The position numbers and the translations under genes were made by a program. 64,000 nucleotides of DNA from Histomonas meleagridis 2922-C6/04-290x. Taxonomy: Eukaryota; Protista; Parabasalia. The notes beneath the pieces are model-generated. The model did no database searches, had not been told where the DNA came from, and saw nothing but the letters and a program-made list of their open reading frames with translations. This document shows, piece after piece, positions 9,707-20,844 of the stretch; the stretch's first letter is position 1, and the number at the start of each line of letters is the position of its first letter. The stretch covers positions 1 through 64,000 of the forward strand of contig JAANOX010000022.1 of NCBI GenBank assembly GCA_020184695.1, in the 5' to 3' direction.

Positions 9707-12055
9707 TTGACAGGTTCTTTTTTTTTTTTGAAAAGGAACAAACATTGTGTTAATCCCCTACAGCTTCTTAAATCATTATACCAAATAATTTTCAGTATAA
9801 ATCCCAACTGTATTGAAAATTGTGCCGATTTGTTAGTCGAAATTTTTGATAATAAATATCCCTTTTCTTTTAATTATGCAATTTGTCAGATTATTTATTC
9901 ATATCTTATAATCAACATTGAAAAGGCAGAACTTTGTTTTGATTTATTAAAAGTTATTCAATCAAAAGAAGAAAATATTAAAGAAGAAACTCAAATTCTG
10001 AATATTTTTTCACAATTTCTTTTAGATTTAAATACGCAAGAATCAAATATCTTGTTGTTACAGATGATTGATAATAATTTAACTGATTTAACGATTCTAG
10101 AAAATAGTGATTCTTTTTATTTCATTCAGTACAAAGACAAATATGAATATGAACATATCATTAGATTATTAGTAAATAAATCTTGTGTTAATTTAGATGA
10201 TATTGATTCTTTTATGGAAGATGATTTTGCACTTCATAAGAAATATGTTAAAGAAGGAGTCAATCCGGATGAAATAGCAACAATAATTCGGAATGATGAA
10301 ATCGAAAAACTTCAAGAAATATCATCACAAAATGGTTTTAATTTTAATCAAACAATTAAACCATCACTTTATGAAAGATGTTCATTTATTAATCAAAAAT
10401 ATGTTTCATTAATTGATTATGCAGCATTTTTTTCTTCAGTTAAATGTTTTAAATATTTACTTATGAATGGTGTAGAAGTAGAAAATACAGGTAAATATGC
10501 AGTTGCAGGTGGAAATGAAGAAATCATTCATTTATGTGAACAAAATCATTCATCATTTGAAGGTGCATATGAAGCAGCAATTATGTTTCATCGAAATGAT
10601 GTTTTTCATTACCTTTATGAAAATAAACTTGCGCCTGATATTGGTATAACACAAACTCTTTTAGAAAGTAAATGTCTCGAATTTTGTAATTATGAACTTA
10701 TAGAATTTGTAGAAACGAACTTTACTGAAAGTAATAATGTTAAAGAGAAAATTTTGTGCGAAATTCCTGCTTTATCTATGAATATATATAACGTTTTATA
10801 TCTTTATGCAAAGAAAAAATTATCAGTTAGTAAATTTATAGAATTACGGAATTATGATGTTGCTCAATTTATACTTGATCATAAACTTGTAAACATTTAT
10901 AAAAAAAATAATTATTTAATATATTTCTCGTTGTTTTGATTTTTTTCTTGTTTATTTGTAATCATTGGATTTTTCTGATTGCATTTGAAACATATCTCAT
11001 GAAAGCATGCAGAAACGATAAATCAAGAATTGTTAAATTTCTTCTTAATAAGAAAATTAATATAAATGCTAAAACTATTTGTTTTATCTTTTTGTTGTTT
11101 TTCAAGATTTAAATTTTGCTTTTAATTTTTGGAGTTATTTTTACCTATTTACTTGGTTTAAAACATCATTCATAATCCCACAAATGCATCAAGTTCTTCC
11201 TTAATTCTGAATGTTTTTTTTTAGATATTTAATATTTTTTTAAATTATTTAAGACTGCTATTATGGAAGCATGTAGATATGGAAATTATGAATCCATTAA
11301 ATTCCTTTTACAACAAAATAACATTAATCTTAAGTTAAGAAACATTTATTTATTCATATTTGGTATTTATAAATAAAATTATGCGTTTCAAGTTCATGTT
11401 TAATATTTATTTATATTATATATAACACCACTTATGATGGCAGCGTTAGGTGGCAATGCCAAAAAATTTAAGTTACTTCTTGAACACGAAGGATTTGATA
11501 TGAATGATAACGATATTTTTTTTATTTTATATATTATTTATTTAATTATTTTGTTGTTATTTCAATATAATATTTTTAAATCAAATAAAATTGTTTTTGA
11601 CGATGTTATCAATAATTACCGTATAGAAATTCTTAAAATCATTCTTGAACAAGAAGAATTTGATGTTAACACGAAATCTATTTATTTGTTTTATTTAATA
11701 TTTGTTTTAATAATATGATATTTCAAAATAATATTTGGAAATAATTTAAATTATTTAAAACATCACTTATTTGGGCATCTTCAAATGGTCATACAGAAAT
11801 AGTCAAATTGCTTATTAAACATGAAGGAATTGATGTTAATGCTAAAGATATTTATTTGTTTTATTTAATATTGCGGATAAAGCACTTTTTATGACAAATG
11901 ATATTGAAATTATTAAACTGTTCATAATGTATAAAGTTTCGGATATTTTAGATGAAGATATTCAAGTCCTATTGAAAAATGTTTCAGAAGAAGATGCTAA
12001 TGAAATAATGAAATTACTTAATAAGAATCCAAATAAGAGATCTGACGTTTATTAG
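9707..12055 (+). CDS. DUF3447/ankyrin-repeat gene (locus B), partly degenerate array; may be a pseudogene
   Basis: ORF 9707-10939 has the DUF3447 core but no good ATG (poly-T run near 9717-9729); ankyrin blocks at 10990, 11254, 11425, 11590, 11760; spacers of 77, 83, 78, 72, 77 and 26 nt. Confidence 0.65.
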
Positions 12056-12264
12056 TTTTGTTTATGATTTTTTCCGAATATTTGAAAGCTCAAAATAATA
12101 TTTGTAATCTTTTTATGTGTTTAAAAAGAAGTTATAAACATATTTAAAAATTTTTGAATTTATAAATAAAATAATATTTTAAGGCAGTTTTTAAGAAACA
12201 TGAGAATTCAATGAATCATTTTTTATACATTTATTAAATTACCCAAAAAATCTAATAACTTAAT

Positions 12265-12960
12265 ATGGAAAACTTTAAATGTGATCTCTCACTTTCTGAT
12301 TTCAATCAGATAAATCAAGATATATTTCAGTCAAAGATTTACTTCGGGACCTCAAATTAGAAAAATCGGGAATTGATGAAGTTCTTCTTGCTGGCGGCTC
12401 ATCAAAAATATTATATATCAAAAAACTATTAAGTGAATTCTTTGGCAAAGCGCCGGTATGTAAGATTGATGTATTTTATACTATGATCATTAGCTGTAGC
12501 TATGGGCGCATCACTATATGCTAAAACAGTTCAAACACAGCAAGAAAATAAACTAAATGCTCCCGGAGGAATAAAGGAAGTTAAAAATATTTTAGCGCAT
12601 AACATTGGAATAGAAGAAGAAGGTGAAAAAATGCGTGTTGTAATACCAAAATACAAACAAATCCCATATAAACAAATGCCAATTGTAGCTGTACCAAAAA
12701 AAGAATATCAACGAAATGCAAGAATAAGAGTGTTCATGGGACTCAGAATACACAAGTGACAATACATTACTTTGGGAAATGTTATTGGGAGGATTAAGTT
12801 CAAGAGAACGACCACAAATTACAATATTATTGGAGGTAACAAAGGATGGGATATTAAACATCTCAGTAAAGGATGATGTGTATAATGAAGAGTATAAAGG
12901 ATCGGTAAAATATTGACTGAAACAATAATATATTTTTGTTGTTTTTGATGTGATGGACAT
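12265..12960 (+). pseudogene. HSP70-like fragment with frameshifts
   Basis: Pieces read DLKLEKSGIDEVLLAGGSSKILYIKKLLSEFFGK, AVAMGASLYA and NIGIEEEGEKMRVVIPKYKQIP, collinear with the end of the HSP70 ATPase domain and start of the substrate-binding domain; no N-terminus. Confidence 0.7.
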
Positions 12961-13273
12961 GACATTAGTGGAAATTTGAGATCTTCTTTTCATCGTTTAC
13001 TGTTATAACATTTACTAATGCTGATGTCATATAGTAATGTTCATTTTTCATGTCACAATTCGTTTTTTACCATATTTTTCTGTATTTGCCTGTGGATCAG
13101 TATCGCCAAAGCTGTACAACAAAAAGAGATTGAGATAATCCTTATGAAATGTGTGAAAAACGAACGTTAATTTTGAAGCACAACGATTATTTTCTATTGA
13201 AAATTCATTTTCTCTCAATTTTTGAATACAAAAAATTTGATGTTTCTGCATCAAATTTAACTACTTAATTTAT

Positions 13274-16200
13274 TTATGTTTGAAGAATTTCGTTTTGTAT
13301 CATATTAATAATCGCTTGTGTCAATGGCTTTGCCTTAGTTAACACCTTTATATCGATTTTATTAATGTTAAACTTTACGTGTACCAAAATCTTGAAAGGT
13401 GTTGAAAACAGAGAACCTATAAATATTTCTTCTGCACCTATTCTTTCCACAGTTTTCACGTGTAATGCCTGATTTAAAGTTGCCGATATCATATCCAAAC
13501 TTATACCATTATTATTATTTCTATTTATCGTATAAATCAATTCAGATCCGCCTTGTTTCCAATATTGGCCGAATTTTTGAGTATTACAATTTTCCGGGAT
13601 TATGAAATTACCCAAATTTATAGGCAAAGGTAAATTTGTCATTTGACTATTATTATATTTAATTACGCAATCGAATTTAAACTCAGGGAAACCATTCATA
13701 TTATGAGGGAATTTAAATGTTGTCATATAATATATATTCTTTTGTGGAGGTAATAATGAAATATCTTGTGGATGTGTAATTATATCTTTAATTAATACAT
13801 TTGGACCATTCACATCTATACTTAAATTAACTATTGGTGTTTGTTTTGTTGGATTATTTAAGACAATTATTATTGTACCACTATTAGCTGATATTGAACA
13901 TTTTAATATTCCACTTTCATATATAGTAGTTAAAGGAGAAAATTGTAAAAATTCTTCGATTTGTTTTGGTAAAGGTTTAGACATTTCATTATTAACTTGT
14001 TCCAATCTTTGATAATCTTCTTCTGTTAAATTATTACCACCATAAGAACTAACTCCATATTTGAAATTAGTATTATATAAATTCTCTGGTTCATTATTTT
14101 CATTATAATTATAATTTGTAATTTGTCTTTTAATATTACGTTGTTTAGTATTACCAAATAATGATTCTTTCATCTTTTCTTTACGAATATCATTTTGATT
14201 TTGTTGAGATTTCTTTAATGACAATTGTTTAAATATCGAATTCTTTTGTTCCTTTTGAGTATTCTCATAAGTATTACTATTATTATCATTATAAATATCA
14301 TTATAATCATTAATATCATTTCCTTCAGTAAGTCCATTCTCTCCCCAAACCATTTTAACTCCATTTGTATTTAATGCGATATCTCCTTCTTCTTTATTAC
14401 CATTACTTTGTTCATTATTGGCGTCATCTCCATAAACATTTGGTATTGATTGATTATATGAATATTTAATTGTCGACTTCGGAGTAATTAATAAATCTGT
14501 TTCACGTTCATCTAATGGAATATATTCTTTAAGTCCTTTATTTTCTATTGCATCTTGTACAAAATCATCTAAAAATCGCATTTCAGGATCAAAATCTTCA
14601 TTAACTTCATTGTTCTTAATCGAAGTAATTAATGTTTCTTTATAACTTAATAAGATTAATGCTTCGATACATATCTCTTGTACAATGATTGATTTCGATT
14701 GTTTATAATTCTCAAAGACATCGATAACTTGTTGAGGTATATCTTCTAAATCAACAATAATTAATAAAAGTGAATTCAATATATAATCACGAACACCTTC
14801 ATATGCATCAATTAAATCACATAATAACAAAGAAACATATTGTAAGTCATATTCATCACTTAACTTCGCATATTTCCCAATGATTCGCGATATGATAATG
14901 ACAAATACATTACTTAACTTCTTATAACTTTGGACGACATCAATATATAAATTAACAATTTCTCGTTTCATGTCATCATCACAATTCTCTTCAATAAGTT
15001 TTAACACTGAAAACGCTATGTTTGGATTTATGTTATCGCCGCCTAATACAAACAACTGTTCCATAGTCTTCGCAAACCATAATGGCGTTGGTGAATATTC
15101 CATAGCTATTGACGTGATTCGGTCAATGAGTTCGATTCGAATTCGTTCATTCTTTGTCCGTTGGAAAAATTTCAACATATTCAATATGATAATTTGCGCA
15201 TTGTTCTCATTAGCCATTGCATGTAACAGACCTAATGTACGGAGTCGTATAGTTGCATCCGGATGTTCCAAGCAGTCAATAATTTTCGTTTGGAATTCAT
15301 CCGCAAAATCAGGCATCGACTGTAATAATCCCAACCCGATGAAGTTAAGGTTTTGATCTTCTGAAGACATGAACAATGAAACAGCTCCACGTAATTGTGG
15401 AATATCAAATATATTTAACTTGATGCATGTTCGAACTGCTTCATAAAGTACAGAAGTAGTGGCTGAGCATTCAGTAGTCCCATTCTGTAATGAGTACACT
15501 AACAACGTAACGATCTCCTCATTGATTTGGGGCACATGTGGTCCCATCCTCTGAAAAAGTCGGAAGATGTTCGTTAAAATAAACGGCGCGTAGAGCCGCT
15601 GGTGGAAGTACTCCGTCTTCACTTGGCCTTGCTGAATAGCGTTGACGATGTGGCAGACGTCGGGCAACAAGTCGCATATCTGCCGTATGTTTAATGTGTT
15701 TTGTAGGAGTGTCGAAAAGGTATTGATGACGGCATTGACAATTGATAAATCGGGGTCTGATAAAAGACGAACAAGTTCGGGGAAGTATTCGATGATACAA
15801 CTCGGGTCTTTCTTGACGAATGAATGTAAGCACATAACTGCCTTTTGACGAATTAATGGAACGGAATGTGTAAGTGCTTGGCCAACATAACCAATGACCG
15901 GTGGAATAAGATCAGCTGTGACGAGGTGACAGATTGCTGTGAGTGCTAATGACATTGATGTTGGATGATTTGATGACATATCACGTTGGATGGAATTAAT
16001 TATCATGATAAGAATGTCGGACCGGGAATCTAATAACGCGGAACACGCGAGATACCCTAAGGCTTTGGTCATCATTTGACTATCTTGCGTAAGATTTACT
16101 GCATGAATCTCACCAAATGAAATATCATAGCCAAGAAGAGAAAGATGGAGAAGAGAAAGGACATTCTCATAAATGGTGGATATTTTATTGGTGGACTTGG

Positions 16201-16339
16201 ATATGGACTCTTTCACTGAGGCCATCCATTCACGAACTATCCCAACCTCTTCCTCGCGGCTCTTGCATTCTCCGATTCTTAAACATATGTTACTGAATTT
16301 TTGGCTGAGTGTGATTTTTTTGACCCCGTGATGAAACAT
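13274..16339 (-). CDS. AP4E1: Adaptor protein complex large subunit, most like AP-4 epsilon
   Basis: 1021 aa; Adaptin_N-like start (IGECKSREEEVGIV...KALGYLACSALL...DATIRLRTLGLLHAMANENN), acidic/Asn-rich hinge with a VWG motif, C-terminal ear-like region. Confidence 0.8.
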   Translation of the reverse strand: MFHHGVKKITLSQKFSNICLRIGECKSREEEVGIVREWMASVKESISKSTNKISTIYENVLSLLHLSLLGYDISFGEIHAVNLTQDSQMMTKALGYLACSALLDSRSDILIMIINSIQRDMSSNHPTSMSLALTAICHLVTADLIPPVIGYVGQALTHSVPLIRQKAVMCLHSFVKKDPSCIIEYFPELVRLLSDPDLSIVNAVINTFSTLLQNTLNIRQICDLLPDVCHIVNAIQQGQVKTEYFHQRLYAPFILTNIFRLFQRMGPHVPQINEEIVTLLVYSLQNGTTECSATTSVLYEAVRTCIKLNIFDIPQLRGAVSLFMSSEDQNLNFIGLGLLQSMPDFADEFQTKIIDCLEHPDATIRLRTLGLLHAMANENNAQIIILNMLKFFQRTKNERIRIELIDRITSIAMEYSPTPLWFAKTMEQLFVLGGDNINPNIAFSVLKLIEENCDDDMKREIVNLYIDVVQSYKKLSNVFVIIISRIIGKYAKLSDEYDLQYVSLLLCDLIDAYEGVRDYILNSLLLIIVDLEDIPQQVIDVFENYKQSKSIIVQEICIEALILLSYKETLITSIKNNEVNEDFDPEMRFLDDFVQDAIENKGLKEYIPLDERETDLLITPKSTIKYSYNQSIPNVYGDDANNEQSNGNKEEGDIALNTNGVKMVWGENGLTEGNDINDYNDIYNDNNSNTYENTQKEQKNSIFKQLSLKKSQQNQNDIRKEKMKESLFGNTKQRNIKRQITNYNYNENNEPENLYNTNFKYGVSSYGGNNLTEEDYQRLEQVNNEMSKPLPKQIEEFLQFSPLTTIYESGILKCSISANSGTIIIVLNNPTKQTPIVNLSIDVNGPNVLIKDIITHPQDISLLPPQKNIYYMTTFKFPHNMNGFPEFKFDCVIKYNNSQMTNLPLPINLGNFIIPENCNTQKFGQYWKQGGSELIYTINRNNNNGISLDMISATLNQALHVKTVERIGAEEIFIGSLFSTPFKILVHVKFNINKIDIKVLTKAKPLTQAIINMIQNEILQT

Positions 16340-16706
16340 CGAGTTTATAAACTAAACCTCTCAATTTTTGACAGAACACATTGGATAAACGGTCGAATGA
16401 GGACGTTAGAAGTATTAAAATGATTTAATTGAACCAAAGATTTAAGACACCAACTAAACAATGGATGACACTTATTGAGCACAATATTTTTGATCAGAAA
16501 ACAGATAAAAATTTATAGCTTAAAGATTTATTATTTGTTGAATTGATTTTCTGATTAATCAGTAAATGCTATTTGTTGTTATAGAGATCTTTATATTCTT
16601 CTTTTTTAAAAAAAAAATTTGGTACTTTCATTCCATTCTTTTAATTTTTAATGATTTACTTGAAATTTGAAATTTCAAAAAAAAATTTAACAAAAAATGG
16701 AAAAAA

Positions 16707-16812
16707 TATTGATGCAAGGAATCGAACCTTGATTACGCTACTCATTTTCACATTCAAAATTGAAGTGATTACAAATAAGAAATGCGTGCCCTACCCATTA
16801 GACGACATCAAT
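16707..16812 (-). tRNA. tRNA-like gene copy 1 (apparent anticodon CTT, ~33-nt insert after position 37)
   Basis: 7-bp acceptor ATTGATG/CATCAAT, T8, A14, G18G19, T-arm CAAGG-TTCGATT-CCTTG, discriminator A, followed by TTTTTT; anticodon stem imperfect. Confidence 0.65.
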
Positions 16813-17379
16813 TTTATTAAAATTTTGCATTTGCTTTATTTCATATCATGTCGTTGAACAAACTTTTTTATGGTGATCATTCAAATATTTTTTTTAAAAC
16901 AAATATTGAAATTTTCTTTGTTGTGTTTAAAATGTAAGACATGATTTGGATATTGCAACAATTATAAATATTAAATGTAATATTTCAAAACTACTACGAA
17001 CTCTTCTACAAAGTTTTGACATATGTAATATGTGGTTTTTGCAATATATGTAATCTATCTGATGATATCAATATTTTGTTTACTTTTTTATATAGAGTCG
17101 CCAATAAGTAATAATATTCCAGAAACAAATCATATTGCAAAAAACATTAATATATATAAATTAGATTTATTCATAAAAAAAAATATAGAAAAATAAATTC
17201 TATAGAAGATTCAAAATGAATTAATTATAGTTTTAGTCTATAGATCAAATATTATGAATTAGTCTCGTTAGAATATTTTTCTAGAACTCAAAACATCGTG
17301 TTGAAGATTTCATTTTCAAGATTACTATTTAAATAAATATAATGGAAAAGAAAGCGGAGTTATTATGTTCCGAAACACA

Positions 17380-18030
17380 TTTAGAAATAAAAATGTATTT
17401 TGTGTTTTAGTTTTTGGTATAATTTTTCATTTTTATGTAGTTGTGAATTTAGATATTTCATTATTTCTTTCCTATAAAAATAAATTTCAAATAAAATATA
17501 TTAATATTATTAGAATTAACTTTAATTCCTTCTTGTTTATGAAGTAATTTAGATATTTCTAATTTACCAATTTCAGATGCTTTCATAAGTACTGTCTCAA
17601 ATTTGACAATTATCAATTTAGTTCATTATGCATTTTATTGAAAAAAAGAAGCCAACATTTTATATACAAATTATTTAGAAACAATCCAAATTAAAGAAGA
17701 AGAAATATCTCAAAATTATTTAATTTTTTGCTAGCTATATTCGTACATTAATACCAATTCACAAGAAGCATTTTATTTAATTAAATAAGAGAAAATGATA
17801 GAACGAAATTTAATTGATTCTAATATTACAAAATATTTTATACATTATAAAAATTAAACAAACGGCATGTTCAATTCATCATTTAAAGATGCATATAAAA
17901 TATTATTTGAATCCCATCAAAATGATATCTCTAAATATATTTAAGAAAATAAAAATATGAAACAAAATGACATTAATATGAAATTCAGATTAATATTTCG
18001 ATATTCTAAAATAATATTTGGAAATTATTT
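17380..18030. pseudogene. Scrambled DUF3447/ankyrin gene remnants
   Basis: Minus-strand ankyrin block TVLMKASEIGKLEISKLLHKQEGIKVN (~17510-17600); plus-strand fragments resembling IQTKEEEI / MIERNLID / SSFKDAY, and a spacer-like ...AAAATAATATTTGGAAATTATTT; many stops. Confidence 0.55.
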
Positions 18031-18437
18031 GTTGTCTATACATTAAATGTAAACATTAACAGGGCCACTAGTCTAAGTGCTGACAGTATTACTTATTATG
18101 TCTTAAGTTATAAAGGTCAAACAAAACAAACAGAAAATGCAGCATGTGCATCACCGTTTTGCTTGAAATAATGAAATTTAATAACTTCGGAAAAGATGAA
18201 CTTGGAATATAAGTTTCAGATAAGTCTATTTCATTAAGAAATGCTATAGTCGATATAAATAATTAAGATAATGGAGTATTACATCAGTCGGTATTCAATA
18301 CAAAAAATACACCATTTACTTCAGTAGAAAATTAACGATAATTTGAATGAATTGAATTTCATTTTTTTATCTCTTTTTATTTAATTTTTACATAAAATTT
18401 TAAATTTCAACAAAAAATTAACAAAAAATGGAAAAAA

Positions 18438-18542
18438 TATTGATGCAAGGAATCGAACCTTGATTACGCTACTCGTTTTCACATTCAGAAATGAAGTGAT
18501 TGAAATAAGAAATGCGTGCCCTACCCATTAGACGACATCAAT
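18438..18542 (-). tRNA. tRNA-like gene copy 2 (32-nt insert)
   Basis: Body identical to copy 1; differences confined to the insert; oligo-T follows. Confidence 0.65.
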
Positions 18543-18861
18543 TACATTAAAATTTTGCATTTGCTTTATTTCATATCATGTCGTTGAACAAACTTTTTTA
18601 TGGCGATAATTAAAATATTTTTTTTTTAAAACAAAAACACATTGTTTGAGTTTAAATAAAAAAATTTTTTTTATTAGTTATCTACATTTCTACTCGTCGA
18701 ACAGTATCATTTCAATCATACCTTAATTTTCCAGAAGGTTGTGGTAACATTAAAATCGTTAAATTACTTTTTAAGAATGAAGTTATAAACATTTTACAAA
18801 GCTACAGATTTACAACCAATTGTTAATAAGATATTAACATCTGTAAAGAATTTTATGACGT

Positions 18862-19209
18862 TTATAAAAGTTTATCAATTAATTCCTTGATCTTTGGAAC
18901 ATTCGCTCCAATGACTTTCCCGATTGGAACTGTGTCATCAACTTTTTCATTCTTTTTAAAAAACTTAACATCTGGAATAAGATCAACTCCAAATTCATAT
19001 GAAAATTCTGGTGACTTATCAACATTTACTTTAAGGAATTCGACGTTAGGATATTGTTTAGCTATTTCTGGTAATGCTTTCCCAACAACTTGACAAGGAC
19101 CACACCAATCTGCATAAAAATCTAGTACAACAAGATTACTCGATTTTTTGATGATGTTTTTCAAATCTTCTTTCGTGCCTGAAAAATGTTTTAAATTTGG
19201 GAGTGACAT
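18862..19209 (-). CDS. trx: Thioredoxin (left-arm copy)
   Basis: 115 aa, DFYADWCGPC active site. Confidence 0.95.
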   Translation of the reverse strand: MSLPNLKHFSGTKEDLKNIIKKSSNLVVLDFYADWCGPCQVVGKALPEIAKQYPNVEFLKVNVDKSPEFSYEFGVDLIPDVKFFKKNEKVDDTVPIGKVIGANVPKIKELIDKLL

Positions 19210-19297
19210 TTCTTTTTTGAGTTTCTTATTTCTTATTTCTTACTCATCGTCAAACAAACATTGTCAATATTAAAAAATTCATTTTATATTTTATATT

Positions 19298-20762
19298 TTA
19301 TTCAGTATTTTTATAGTATTAAGTATTGTTTCATATTTAATAAAATGATTCAAAATAACTGAAAATCGTTCTTCATTATTAAGTTTAATCCATTCATTAA
19401 ATACAATATCTTGATATGTAAGTTTCGAATAACATTTTTAGAAAATTATTCACATTTTTTTACGTTTAGGATAAATTAATTTAAACCCTCCTCGTCGTTC
19501 TTTCTCTTCTAAATAATCTCGAATAATAGAAAAAAATCATTAAAAAAACTGGTGATAACCATGGATGTTCTTTAAAACTTTCGATTAATTCACGACGCGT
19601 TGAATCAATCGAATTTTCATTCTCTTCTTCAATTGTTTGAAATGATGGACATGGTGAAGGGTCTAAAACATTACATTCAACTATTCGATTAATTCGTAAT
19701 AAATCTAACATAAGTGGATATTTGATATTTTCATCAAGTTTAGAATTTTTGGTATTTAATGATGGTGAAATATTCATCTCAAGAATATAAGGTTTTAAAT
19801 TAGAATCAAGAATTACATCAAACCCATACATTTCATAACAAATATTCTTGTTTTTTTAATGTTCCCTTGATGAACTTTTCAAATTGCCTTCATCCCTGAT
19901 ATAGTAATCAAAATAATACTACGTTCGATTTCTTTCATAATTAATTTACTATTGATATTTTGTGTTTCTAAATATTGTAAAAAATATTGTAATGATAATT
20001 TAGAATTATTAATACTTTCTTCTTCTTTATTATTTTGAATAAATTTTTCATCTGTTTTATTAATTGAATAATTAGTTAAATGTGATCGTAAATCTTCAAT
20101 ATTATCAATCGAATATTGATGTGTAGCAAAACGAATTAATCCATTTTCATGAAGATAAATTCGAAGTGGATTTAATGATGTAACAAGAACATATAAACGA
20201 ATATCAAATTTACGTCCTGTAATTAAAAAAGGATTTATAAGATAATGTTGATAAATACCATTCTTAAATAATTTTGGTTTTTCTTTTGTATTTAAAACTT
20301 GAATACCAATCCCTCTTGTTGATGCTGATGGTTTAAATATAAAATATTGATATTGATCCCAATATTCATTTAATTTATTCTTATCTTTAGGATAAATAAA
20401 TGTTTCTAAAAAATATTGTGAAAAATCTTTAGTACGTGAATTAAGTTCTTCAATTCGTTTTTGAAATTCATCTTTTCGTCCAACTAAACGTGACCCAATA
20501 AAATGATTACTTTTTGATAATATTGTAATTTTTCATATTCTTCTAATTTAAATTGTCGTCCCCATGAAAAATTCCATCGATTTCCTTTTGTTCTTTGAAA
20601 ACCTGAATGTCGAAGTGCTTTTTTAGTCGTACGAGTACAAACTTTATTAATAAAATATAATGGTTTTGGGTTATGTTTAATATCTGGTTCATTAGGTGTT
20701 GGAATTTCATAATAACAATAAGGAAGTTTTACATTTTGAAAGAGTTGATATAAATTATTCAT
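19298..20762 (-). CDS. Tubulin-tyrosine-ligase-like (TTLL) protein, left copy with homopolymer frameshifts
   Basis: Fragments WNFSWG, (N)HFIGS..VGRKD, IFKPSASTRGIGI, YIINPFLITGRKFDIRLYVLV, EMYGFDVILDSNLKPYILEMNISPSL; reconstructed using the right-arm copy. Confidence 0.8.
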
Positions 20763-20844
20763 TTGAAAATAAATAATAATAATAATAATAATAAATAAAT
20801 AAACGTCTTCTTTATCAAACAAACATTGTTTAAATAAAAAAATT

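Noticed and set aside
14900-16339. GC step within the AP-4 epsilon gene (and the 3' half of the SWI3-like gene) as a sign of horizontal transfer or chimerism
   Set aside because: The ORF is continuous and the shift follows the conserved trunk versus the low-complexity hinge; insufficient evidence.
16740-16775. tRNA-Sec (CTTCAA) or tRNA-Tyr (GTA) reading of the tRNA-like gene
   Set aside because: Those triplets lie in the variable insert (GTA is absent in copies 2 and 3), and the arms do not fit the Sec 9/4 fold.
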